A program made the translations under genes and the position numbers. Positions 1 to 11,156 of a stretch of 64,000 bases of DNA are shown here, one piece after another. Origin of the DNA: Tubulanus polymorphus (Eukaryota > Animalia > Nemertea). The stretch is from assembly GCF_964204645.1 (NCBI RefSeq), contig NC_134033.1, positions 1,260,131-1,324,130 on the forward strand. The letters run 5' to 3'. How positions within the stretch are numbered: position 1 is the stretch's first letter; each line of letters starts with the position of its first letter. Under the pieces are notes generated by a model. The model saw nothing but the letters and a program-made list of their open reading frames with translations, was not told the DNA's origin and did no database searches.

Positions 1-218
1 GCGTCATTCTCAAAGGTTTTCTGCGCAAGTTACTCACAGGACCCGCATTTGCGTAGGCACATAAAAAATTCCACTTTCTGAAATTCGAACTCAGACAGAG
101 AGAGGAGGTTTGTGTTACTGCAGAGTCACTGCTTACAAGGTGAGAGACTGAAGGGAGAGAGAGAGAGAGAGAGAGGCGGAGAGGTTTGTGTTACTGCAGA
201 GTCACTGATTACAGGTCT

Positions 219-1316
219 ATGAGCTTCAACATGAATTCTACCACAATCTCAACGACTGCTGCTCCACGATGGTGCAAGGACCTGTACCCACCAGAACGAT
301 GGAAACACGTTTTCAGTTATAAGATTTACTTGTACGGATATTTTCCGGCTTCAGTTTTCGGAATGATTCTGAACTCTGTTTCTATTCTAGTATTCAGAAA
401 GATCGGTCGCGACACTTATCAAACTATAATCATTCTTGCCTGGTTTGATTTACTGTTCGTATTTTCAGTGTTTCTTCTTTATCCAATTCGAATATTCCTT
501 ATTTACCTTCAAGATCGTAAACATGTTCTCGGCCGTTTCGATGACTGGTTTTTTGGACACGAAATTATAATTTGGGTTCTACCACTGTTTCATACGTTTC
601 AAATGGCAAAAAATTGGGCCGTAGTTATAGTAAATTTTGAAAGACTTCTGGTAGTCGCGAGTCCGCTGTATTTTAGACGATTCTGGAGCAAAAAACATAT
701 CATTTTTCTGTCGGTTTTAAACACAATTTCTTCCGCAGTTTGTTTCTGGCCGTATTATTTTCCACTGAATTTACCCGGAAGGGCCACACGACGCTGTTTT
801 CTTCATTTATATACAATGGGAGCTTTTCGTGCGAAAAAAATTCGAACACCATTTATTTATAGGCCTAGCGTTGCATCCAAGTCCGTTTCGGATTCCTATA
901 TTCTCATGACTGTTCTTGTACCTTTTATTTTTCTAATTGTGATAAATTTAACTTTGTTCGGAATTATGATATTTAGAAAACTAAATCGAAAGAAACAATT
1001 TCACGCGGACGCAGCGGTGCGCGGTGGAAAATCTACCGAATTCAAAATGTTAAAAGGGGTTCTTATAATTGTAGCTATATTCTTTATCTGTGAAATTCCC
1101 GCATCACTGGACCGTGTGTTACATTACTTCAGAAAGGAGTTTGGATTACGTAACGGTCTAACTGGGGATGAAATGATGGTCATGCGTAAAGTAGGAATTC
1201 TACTCAGTGTTTTTGACTCATCCGCAAATTTCTTCATTTATTGCGCAACAAACGGCGCCTTTAGAAAAAAAGCTAAACACATTTTACTGATAAATTATCT
1301 GTGTGATTCTAAATAG
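219..1316 (+). CDS. Intronless rhodopsin-class GPCR, FMRFamide/peptide-receptor-like (invertebrate expanded group)
   Basis: ORF 186-1316 (first ATG at 219, alt 231) with 7 hydrophobic segments; TM1 G..LN, TM2 LA.FD, TM3-end FERL (DRY-equivalent) followed by V..PL, TM6 FFICEIP (CWxP-equivalent), TM7 SSANFFIYC (NPxxY-equivalent) and helix 8 FR; N-terminal NST sequon. Confidence 0.9.
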   Translation: MSFNMNSTTISTTAAPRWCKDLYPPERWKHVFSYKIYLYGYFPASVFGMILNSVSILVFRKIGRDTYQTIIILAWFDLLFVFSVFLLYPIRIFLIYLQDRKHVLGRFDDWFFGHEIIIWVLPLFHTFQMAKNWAVVIVNFERLLVVASPLYFRRFWSKKHIIFLSVLNTISSAVCFWPYYFPLNLPGRATRRCFLHLYTMGAFRAKKIRTPFIYRPSVASKSVSDSYILMTVLVPFIFLIVINLTLFGIMIFRKLNRKKQFHADAAVRGGKSTEFKMLKGVLIIVAIFFICEIPASLDRVLHYFRKEFGLRNGLTGDEMMVMRKVGILLSVFDSSANFFIYCATNGAFRKKAKHILLINYLCDSK

Positions 1317-1595
1317 AATAGAAAAAATTAGATCATGACAAGTGATAAAAACAACATAAACCAATGCCATATCTTTTATTTCTCATGTATTTTTCATATA
1401 CAATTATTAAACAGCAACCCGGTATCACGTGTTACTGTTAGTACGTTCTCTTATCAACCACGTTATCACTGAAAATGAATAACAAAATTTCTTTATGTAA
1501 GATTTTTGAGCGAACGCAAATGTTATCAACATTGATGCAAGTTGGGTAATCTAGAAATCATCCACAAATCAACCCCTAAACCCTGCGCCCTAAAA

Positions 1596-2099
1596 CTTTC
1601 AAAAACTGATCGTCCACACTTCACACGTGTTCAGTACCTCACCTGAGACATTTTTAATTGAAAATGAACTACAAACACCAGACATTAGACATTTTATCAG
1701 CACACTTTCAAAAACTGATCGTCCACACTTCGCATGTGTTCAGTACTTCACCTGAGACATTTTTAATTGAAAATGAACTACAAACACCAGACATTAGACA
1801 TTTTATCAGCTCACTTTCATCAACTGATCGTCCACACACTTCACATGGTGAAGCACTGAACACATTTGAAGTATGGACGATCAGTTTATGAAAGTGTGTT
1901 GATAAAATGTCTAATGTCTGGTGTTTGTATTTCATTTTCAATTCAAAATGTCTCAGGTGAAGCACTGAACACATGTGAAGTGTGGACGATCAGTTTATGA
2001 AAGTGTGCTGATAAAATGTCTAATGTCTGGTGTTTGTAGTTCATTTTCAATTTGAAATGTCTCAGGTGAAGTTATGAACACATGTGAAGTGTGGATGAT
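1596..2099. repeat. 109-bp satellite in fold-back (inverted) arrangement
   Basis: About 2.3 units in one orientation then about 2.3 units reverse-complemented, junction at 1846/1847; same unit as 58260-59140 and fragment 15258-15315. Confidence 0.9.
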
Positions 2100-2177
2100 G
2101 AATAATTGTAATAATGATGATATTAGAAATACACGCATACTCACCATTGAGCGTTGACTGATTTAAGATTTACTCTT

Positions 2178-2456
2178 TTAGCTCTTTTTACTCTTTTTGC
2201 TCTTTTTACTCTTTTTATTCTTTTTGCTCTTTTTAGCGTCTTGTTTAGATTGAGTCTGTTTGCTCCTTCCGCTTGACTTTTTGTTCGCTGCAGATGTCTG
2301 TCGGTTGTTTACTAATTGTCTTAACGAATTGGCGTCAAACAGGGACAATTTAGTCAAACTGACCACAGCTGAATCTACTTCCTGTATCGGTAATACTACA
2401 ATCACTAACAGTGCAGCCCCCACAGCTGTCATCGCTAATGCCCGGTAGCTGGTCAT
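2178..2456 (-). CDS. Small secreted, highly basic Lys/Ser-rich peptide (92 aa precursor)
   Basis: ATG in AAAAATG context 12 nt after a pyrimidine-rich acceptor (tttcgtttcgttttag, exon starts 2468); hydrophobic signal peptide with likely VDS-AV cleavage; C-terminal (KKS)n; GTGAGT donor at 2144 shortly after the stop; candidate upstream noncoding exon donor AG|GTAAGC at 3234. Confidence 0.6.
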   Translation of the reverse strand: MTSYRALAMTAVGAALLVIVVLPIQEVDSAVVSLTKLSLFDANSLRQLVNNRQTSAANKKSSGRSKQTQSKQDAKKSKKNKKSKKSKKSKKS

Positions 2457-3322
2457 TTTTAGTTTATTCTAAAACGAAACGAAAACTGGAATTTTACTTG
2501 AATGAATTGAATTCTTTCAGACTATAGACTGAGAACCACGAGAATGGATTCTTCACCGAGATCCTTAGTATTAAACTATTACAACTAGTTTATTTACTCC
2601 ACAATTATACAATTGCACAGAGAACAAAATTAATTTACAATAAACATTGCAACATTTAACATTAGAAATGTATTAAACATTTGCGTATATACAACGCCAG
2701 TTTTTCAAGGGTTTGGCAATTTGAGTTGAACAAATTATACAACTCTACGTTATTGGGGAATCTCCAATAACGCTCCGGGATGTATCTAGCTCTGGATTCC
2801 TGGGCAGTACGGGCAGACGAGTAAAAAGTGATATTCATGTATTTTAATGTACCACGCCGGTACCGAGTGTAGGGTTGGTCTACCAAGTGGTGGTCGCACT
2901 AAGGATCGCGAGCGACTGCGGGAACGACCACTTCCAGGACGAAACGGCTTCAAGATCAATATTAGGTGGTGGGGACCTTAGTACTGTTTCGCGTTATCAG
3001 GGACACTCTGACCAAACGATGGCCAAATGAATGTTTAGAAAGGGGGGTCTTGGGGGGGGGGGAATCTGCTGTCCTTTGAAATTTTGAAACACAATTACCA
3101 TCATGAAAAATTGCTGTCAATCTTTTAATAGGGGAGATGGGGGTCTCTTTTGAGGGTGAATCTAATTTAACAGGTTCGAGCATTATCACCGCATCGAAAA
3201 AGGATATAAGTAGAGTTTACTGAATGTAGCTTACCTTTATTTTACCAGTCTGTACACAACGACCAGAGGCTGATAAGCTGATATACAAATCTAACTGTGA
3301 TAAGTCGTAGCTGTGATGGTAC

Positions 3323-3989
3323 TGTGCTCACAGACGCGTCTCTTATGAGTGTCGATTCTAGGAGTAATCTGACCGAAGGTCGCAGAGATGATGACACCAG
3401 TAACGGCAGCCGGTCAAGTCGATACGGCGGAAAATTCGCCCTGACAAAGCCTTACATTGTTCCTACAAACTCAACATATGTCTTGTTCAATGGTAGAATC
3501 AAGATTTTACAATAGTTAAATTAGTTTGAATGAGAAATCATCAATGAGTCCTGTTGACATGACAGTCGCTTGAAAGAACTCCTTCGTTCCCATCTGCCAG
3601 ATTATATCTTGTAAACTACTCTCAGGTCAGGATAAGGACACGTTCTCAATTCGGAAATGCTGTAAATATATAACGCGTTCAATCCTTGCATGCGCCTGAT
3701 ATAGAGGTCCTAGCTCAGAAGTAAGAACTACGGTTAATAGTTGGAAAATGTAATTTTATTGTAGTACTCAAAGTGAGAGCTGGGTGTAAGTGACCACGAG
3801 TCAGTGAAAAGAGAGAGAGTGACGTGTGTCTCTGGGTTTTATACCCACGAGGACCACGTCATCAGGAGTGTTAAAACAATAGCCAGAAGGCTAGACATAT
3901 TATCATTATTATCAGTACTGACCATATGACCAGCACACAGGACTTTGATTGATCAGGTCATGTGTCCTGAGCACTCGTCTTACGGAACA
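3323..3989 (-). mobile_element. Solo LTR (Gypsy-like, 4-bp TSD)
   Basis: TG...CA ends with imperfect terminal IR (tgtgctcacagacg / cgtcttacggaaca), GTAC duplicated at 3319-3322 and 3990-3993; minus-strand TATAAAA at about 3843-3837 and AATAAA at about 3760-3755. Confidence 0.7.
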
Positions 3990-4159
3990 GTACTGCCTAT
4001 AAATTATTAACATATATTCTATATATCAAGCCTCTAGAAATGCCGTGTATCAATGATAAAAAATGCAATGAATGTATCACAAGGCTTTTAACCAGTCCTA
4101 TAAGTGGTTGTATCCACACTGATCTGCGTCGCTCTGCGATCCTTGTCTCTTTAGACAAT

Positions 4160-4450
4160 ATAACCCCCTGTTTCGCTCCCGGCATGTGTGGTGGGCCTGT
4201 AAGGGACACTCAATCGAAAAAATCAAACGAAATTTACCAGCCAAATAAATAAATGACCGGGACAATCCCTATTTTATGATCAATACAAACTAGATATTTC
4301 TAAACGGTTCAAGTTAGGATAATTACAATACAAAGATGATTAATTACACACGATTTAAATCACTAATATCTTTAGGGACACTCAATCGAAAAAAATCAAA
4401 CGAAATTTACGACAGCAAAATAAGTAAATAACGGGGACAAGCCCTATTCT
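4160..4450 (+). repeat. Dispersed repeat family (ccctgtttcgctcccggc...gggacactcaatcgaaaaa), partly duplicated locally
   Basis: Related copies at about 22850-22980, 25505-25570 and 36200-36250. Confidence 0.75.
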
Positions 4451-4685
4451 AAGATTACAAAAAAAAAGATTCTCGGTGAACCCCTTTCAGTTCGCCCAGT
4501 CCTGGAAGTGGTAGTTTCCACAGTGATCTACGTCGCTCTACGATCCTAGCGACAGTAAGGTTCTCGGTGAACAGTAGCCATTGAAACAAACCCCTGCCAC
4601 TATATCAACTCGGGTTGGACGACCAAAAACTTGGAAGGTTTATAATACCAGCGCACCGGATTACCTCGTTTGTTGGGGCGGTGGG

Positions 4686-4844
<159 letters not shown>

Positions 4845-6479
4845 GTTTGAGGCACAACACTAAATTTACAGATTTTTATAACACGGTAGAAAATTTACAA
4901 ATTCAATAACAAGATAAATTTTTTTTGTTGTAAATTTGAATTAAATTAGTAACTAATTTGGACTATTATATATCCACCACCTCGACTGAGTCTCCCCCTA
5001 CCGGTCGTGTGCCAGACCGTTCATTGGGGTCGCGGTCATTCTGCAAGCACGAGATTTATAAATAACATCACCAGAAATGACCAGTTCGAAAAACCAGTTG
5101 GGTTTCTTTATTCATGGAATATTAGTTGTAAAAAAATATTATCGGCAAGTTGAGAACATTTTGTTGAAATAGAAGCCGCGAACACGAGGACAAGTAAATA
5201 GATAGCGGGAAAATCGGGAAACATGAATCCAAAGCCAAAGAAAAAATACTGAAAAAAAAACAGGTTCAGGTCAGACGGCTTGGTCGAAGTGGATATTGTC
5301 GGGCGTTGGCGAATTCTCAAATTCCCAATTTTGGATTTGTAAATATCAATAGAAATTCTACTGACTCACACCGTGTTGTACTTGGAGATTCGGGTCACCA
5401 GAAAATCGTATTCATTTCTTCATACAGTTACATAAGGACCTTATAAATAAATCACTGATCCAGTGACCGTATTATTACAACAAGCCGCTTCCAACCTGAT
5501 ATCGGGCGAGAGACCTCGGTTATTCGCTGCAAGTCGAGTGGATACTGCCAACATGAAATAACCTATTTGTAAGTTGACAATTTTACAAATTTGAAATGTC
5601 ACGTCGCGCATTCAACAACTAATGTCTTTTTGACAATGTTAGTTTGTTGTTTTAAAAAGGTAATTGAACTAACTAATCAATTTTCTCACATATTCCATTC
5701 ATTCATTATTTCAATGTGGCTTGAACCATTTCTATTTTCGTGTCAGGTCTATATTTCATACTTGGTCTCAGGGGAGAAATCCACCGCTGGGCTTTACGGA
5801 AACGCATTGATATTAATATTGGGTTTGGTGTACGGGCAATCTAACGCCAACTAGCCAGGAGAGACGTTTAGATATCGTATGGTAACACATTGGAATATGT
5901 ACCGGGTTTGGTAGAAACTTTAAGGCGCGCGGTCATAATCAACAACATGGTTGAAACTGGATATAGTTCATTCTTCATGGACTTTTTCGTTTTAGAGCAT
6001 AGATGATTCATTGTGAAAATAAAAGACAATTGAATTATCGAGGGCATCTTTAATTCAATCATTATGATTGAGTATTTTTCTAGAGTACATTCGTGGAAAC
6101 GGTAGTTGCGTTTCTCGCATTCCTAAACCCATTGAATGTGGCTTAAGCCATTTATATTTTCGTGTCTGGGTTATATTTCGGATAATTTAGATCAGCTTGT
6201 TCATGAGAGACGTTTACCACTGGACTCCGTGCCTGGTAACGCATTGGAATATGTTTGGGTGGTAGACAACTTTCAAATCTTATCCGCGTTGAATTACGAG
6301 AAATTCCCGTTCGATTCCAGTTGGACACTGGTTTCACTAATGTCTCGGTCAAATAGATAAATAACAGGTTAGCCTGGCTGTATTGCGCAATATAGAATTC
6401 AGTTGTACATGTATCATCATCAGGGTGACCGAAACCGGTTCTGTCCAGTTCAGGTCATCATTAGCTATGCGAGCCACTT

Positions 6480-6530
6480 GACCAATCAGAATTACTTATT
6501 GCGTCCCGCATCAATTATGCGGCCAATCGC
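6480..6530 (+). promoter_or_regulatory. Candidate promoter with two CCAAT boxes
   Basis: gaCCAATcag (6482) and ggCCAATcgc (6523) in a CpG-rich patch, followed by an exon-like segment ending in AG|GTGAGT (6703). Confidence 0.45.
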
Positions 6531-8729
6531 CGGCGGCGATGACCAGCCGCGCACGAGCCGAGTGCAAAGCGAGCAAGAAACCCGCTCCATTAGAATCCGT
6601 CACCACCGCGCTTAAAACAACATCATAAAACACGAAATTAAACGATAAAAAAACAATTCAGAAACGATATAACTGATACGGATAAGATGAACGCGATTGT
6701 TAGGTGAGTTTGTCGAGGTTTTCGCATCGCAAATTTCTAGATATTTACGTGAAAAAGTGATTTGATTTTCACACGTGTAAAACCCGGCAATGTAAACGGT
6801 ATATGAACTTCTACTCGTTACTTATAGACTATTCAGATACAAGGGTAGATGCAGGATTAATTTTTAGGGGGGGCAACATACGTGGGGTACCTTTTCGATT
6901 ACTAGGGGCACCCCCCGTAAAGCGAGTGCAGTGAGGCGCGAAGTTGTGAGGAGTTTTTGCCCGGGAAATGAATTTATCGGTACTTCGACTAAGTGGTTGT
7001 TTGAATTTCTTCGTTATTTTATTTTTCAGGCTTCACGGAATTCGGAATGGAATCGATTCAATCGGAGTTCAAACTAATTCAGGATTATTGTGACATTATA
7101 ACAAACTGCGCTCATAAAAAACTGTGAACTGTTATCGAAAACACGAGGATAAAAACTGACTATAATTCTGAGGATCCCTGGATTCATACATTACACACAC
7201 AGGATTGGATAAACTGTGAGTTAGAAAAACATTAACAGCTGAAATTATGTTTTATAGGTTTAGTTAGTTTAGGAACTTATTCGGTGAGTTAGTAAGTTAT
7301 AGAAATGCATGAATATTAGTACAATCTTAAATAATATGTGTAAGTTTAAGTTAAGAAATTTGGGTGCTATTTGCGTCATGGTCCTGTGGGTCTCTGGGTC
7401 TGACGGAGAAGCTGTCTGTTTATTTTGATGCCTAATATCTTTATTTCAGGATCCTGTATTTCATGCTTCTATTTCCAGGGTTTTTCTATATTTTCAGGTG
7501 TTTTCCTTTCATTTCAGAATTTCCGTTTTTTGAATCTTTTATTTTATAAGACAACGACTTTTATGTAAAAACGTTTAGTTGAAATAAACATGACAATTTC
7601 AGGGTCATCGCTGAGACAAGACCCCAGAAGACTTGGCCACAGAGTACGTGTCTTCACCCCCAGCACACAACAGAGTGGCCCGATTCAGGTGCGAACTGTA
7701 TATTCTATTTCAGTGTGAAGAACAAGACCCCCTAGTCACAGAAGATTGAACCTGAAGTTGATGATGATGACAGAGTGACTGAAGAATTCAGGTGTGACCT
7801 GTATAACATGTCTCTATTTCAGTATCCCCCTCCCTAACCCCTAAACCCGAGCCAGAATAGGTGGGCCGAATATATAGGTTAGGTTAGAATAGTTAGTTGA
7901 TAGATCTTTGAATTAAAACATAATTTCAGCTGTTGATATGAAATACAGTTGTAATTTCAAGTGGAACTTTTTAACAGTAAAAGTTGCATTTATTTACAAT
8001 TGAACTGGTTTGAAAATGTTTGACAGTTTGTGAGTTAAGTGTGATTTGATTAAGATGAAGAGTTGAACTGTTGAACTCTACTTCTTATAAAATACAAATG
8101 ACATTTACTTACGTACAACTGGTTTCAGGTTCAGACAGCACCCACGCCACCCCACCCGGTCGGGTCCTATTCCTGTGGTACCTGGGTTTCTGGTTTATTT
8201 GGTTGAATTAATTTATTGATATTTGTGCTGATTTTGGGCGCGCGCTGTTTGTTTTGATGTCGATATTTTTCGCGTTTATTTTTTGCGGTTTTAACGATGA
8301 AATTTGGTTTAATTGTAAATTCGCATCATTAGACGATTAGAACCCTGTACGGTACAGGTCAACTCGCGCCATATCATTTTTGAAGTTATTTCGCGCGATT
8401 TTCTCACTGACGACATCGCGAGGTTCACATGAAATATACCGCTGTGAAAGGGATGCTGGAAAATAGAGGTAGAATATTCTATCCGAGTTTCAAAACTGTG
8501 TTTTATATTGTAATAACTGTTTGTCATATATTGTGTATTTATAGTTTTGTAATATGCGGAATTCTGAGCGGACACGCGTCACGTCGACCCGGGGCCCAAA
8601 CACCTGACTGGACACACGTCACGCCGACCCGAGGCCCAAACACCTGACTGGACAAACAGATAGAACAGTGTAAGTGATAGGTGACCTGTTTATTCTGCGG
8701 TCACAATGAAAATTCTCGCGCCATTTTCA

Positions 8730-9132
8730 TTACAGGTTCAACTCCTGCTGCCATTTTCAGTACAGGTTCAACTCCTGTCATTTTCAGTACAGGTTCAACT
8801 CCTGTCATTTTCAGTACAGGTTCAACTCCTGCCATTTTCAGTACAGGTTCAACTCCTGTCATTTTCAGTACAGGTTCAACTCCTGCCATTTTCAGTACAG
8901 GTTCAACTCCTGCCATTTTCAGTACAGGTTCAACTCCTGTCATTTTCAGTACAGGTTCAACTCCTGCCATTTTCAGTACAGGTTCAACTCCTGTCATTTT
9001 CAGTTCAGGTTCAACTCCTGTCATTTTCAGTACAGGTTCAACTCCTATCATTTTCAGTACAGGTTCAACTCCTATCATTTTCAGTACAGGTTCAACTCCT
9101 ATCATTTTCAGTACAGGTTCAACTCCTGTCAT
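8730..9132 (+). repeat. 27-bp minisatellite (aggttcaactcctgYcattttcagtac), about 15 copies
   Basis: Direct reading; produces the TGSTPVIFS repeat ORFs. Confidence 0.95.
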
Positions 9133-9365
9133 TTCATTTTTGAAATGAATGATCTTTTAAAGTCGTTTTATCCGATCATTTTGACTTGACGAAGATTCGA
9201 ATCATAAGAAATAGATAAATCTCGCGCCCTTTTACTGGACAGGTCAACTAGCGCGCCATTTCGCGCCGTTTCCTTTTGAAGTCATTTCGCGACATTTTAT
9301 TTTGTAGCAAGAGAGTCTTTGGGTGTAGGGTGGGTTTTACTGATTTTGTCTTTATAGGGAAATGA

Positions 9366-10407
9366 CTAGTATCACTGGTATTGTGGAGACTGGTGTCACT
9401 GGTATTGTGGAGACTGGTATCACTGGTATTGTGGAGACTGGTATCACTGGTATTGTGGAGACTGGTATCACTGGTATTGTGGAGACTGGTATCACTGGTA
9501 TTGTGGAGACTGGTATCACTGGTATTGTGGAGACTGGTATCACTGGTATTGTGGAGACTGGTGTCACTGGTATTGTGGAGACTGGTGTCACTGGTATTGT
9601 GGAGACTGGTATCACTGGTATTGTGGAGACTGGTATCACTGGTATTGTGGAGACTGGTATCACTGGTATTGTGGAGACTGGTATCACTGGTATTGTGGAG
9701 ACTGGTATCACTGGTATTGTGGAGACTGGTGTCACTGGTATTGTGGAGACTGGTATCACTGGTATTGTGGAGACTGGTATCACTGGTATTGTGGAGACTG
9801 GTATCACTGGTATTGTGGAGACTGGTATCACTGGTATTGTGGAGACTGGTATCACTGGTATTGTGGAGACTGGTATCACTGGTATTGTGGAGACTGGTAT
9901 CACTGGTATTGTGGAGACTGGTATCACTGGTATTGTGGAGACTGGTGTCACTGGTATTGTGGAGACTGGTGTCACTGGTATTGTGGAGACTGGTATCACT
10001 GGTATTGTGGAGACTGGTATCACTGGTATTGTGGAGACTGGTATCACTGGTATTGTGGAGACTGGTATCACTGGTATTGTGGAGACTGGTATCACTGGTA
10101 TTGTGGAGACTGGTATCACTGGTATTGTGGAGACTGGTATCACTGGTATTGTGGAGACTGGTATCACTGGTATTGTGGAGACTGGTATCACTGGTATTGT
10201 GGAGACTGGTATCACTGGTATTGTGGAGACTGGTATCACTGGTATTGTGGAGACTGGTATCACTGGTATTGTGGAGACTGGTATCACTGGTATTGTGGAG
10301 ACTGGTATCACTGGTATTGTGGAGACTGGTATCACTGGTATTGTGGAGACTGGTATCACTGGTATTGTGGAGACTGGTGTCACTGGAATTGTGGAGACTG
10401 GTGTCAC
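9366..10407 (+). repeat. 24-bp minisatellite (gtatcactggtattgtggagactg), about 43 copies
   Basis: Direct reading; open in several frames, explains the ORFs at 9248-10639. Confidence 0.95.
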
Positions 10408-11156
10408 AGTTCATCTGAAATATACCGCTGTAAAAGGGATGCTGAAAACTAGAGGTAAAATATTCTATCCGAATTTCAAAACTGTGTTTGATATTGTAAT
10501 AACTGTTTGTCATGTATTGTGTATTTATAGTTTTGTAATATGCGGAATTCTGAGCGGACACGAGTCACGTCGACCCGAGGCCCAAACACCTGACTGGACA
10601 CGCGTCACGCCGACCCGGGGCCCAAACACCTTCATCTGACTGGACATTCAGACACACTGGTGTAAGTATGAACTCACAAGTGGTTTCCATATTGAAAGCC
10701 ACTGTGTAGTGACCAGTGTATGAACGCTGTCGACAGACGACATTGCGTTCAGTGTCATTCATCACATAAATCAAACTAATGTTTGAATGGTTTCTTTTCA
10801 CAGCGGGAACAATGCGCGGAGAACTCAACTATACCGGGGACAGAGGTTCAACCAGAACTCAACTATACCGGAGACAGAGGTTCAATCAGAACTCAACTCA
10901 ACCGGAGACAGAGGTTCAATCAGTACAATCGCGTTTTCCAGAAGGTCAGTTTCAAATACAGCTTGAATTATTACACAATATCTCTTAATATCTTCTGTTA
11001 TCAAGTTTAAGATTGTTGTATCTTTATTTTCCAGTTTGGCGTCGAACAGCGCATCAGTATTCCAGATTGACAGGACCAGAAGCATCCCGGACTAACAGGA
11101 CCAGCATCATCCCGGACTACCAGGACCAGCAGCACTCACTCTAGTTGTGGCATCCC

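Larger units (their letters stand above)
8352..10645 (+). repeat. Local segmental duplication: 8425-8655 is duplicated at 10408-10645 (and 8352-8400 at about 9235-9300)
   Basis: Near-identical text gttcaYMtgaaatataccgctgt...ggcccaaacacct in both places; the 24-bp array sits between the two parts of copy 2. Confidence 0.9.

Noticed and set aside
7689-7822. 25- and 31-nt GT..AG segments as introns of a coding microexon gene
   Set aside because: Too short for typical introns and part of an about 100-bp local duplication; no continuous ORF.
7828-7890. CCCTAACCC as a telomerase RNA template
   Set aside because: Only a 9-nt match, paired locally with ggttaggttag; no pseudoknot or CR4/5 recognisable.
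8681-10639. Long ORFs (143-437 aa) over the 27- and 24-bp repeats
   Set aside because: Open in multiple frames and both strands simply because the unit is a stop-free multiple of 3; no signal peptide or domain.
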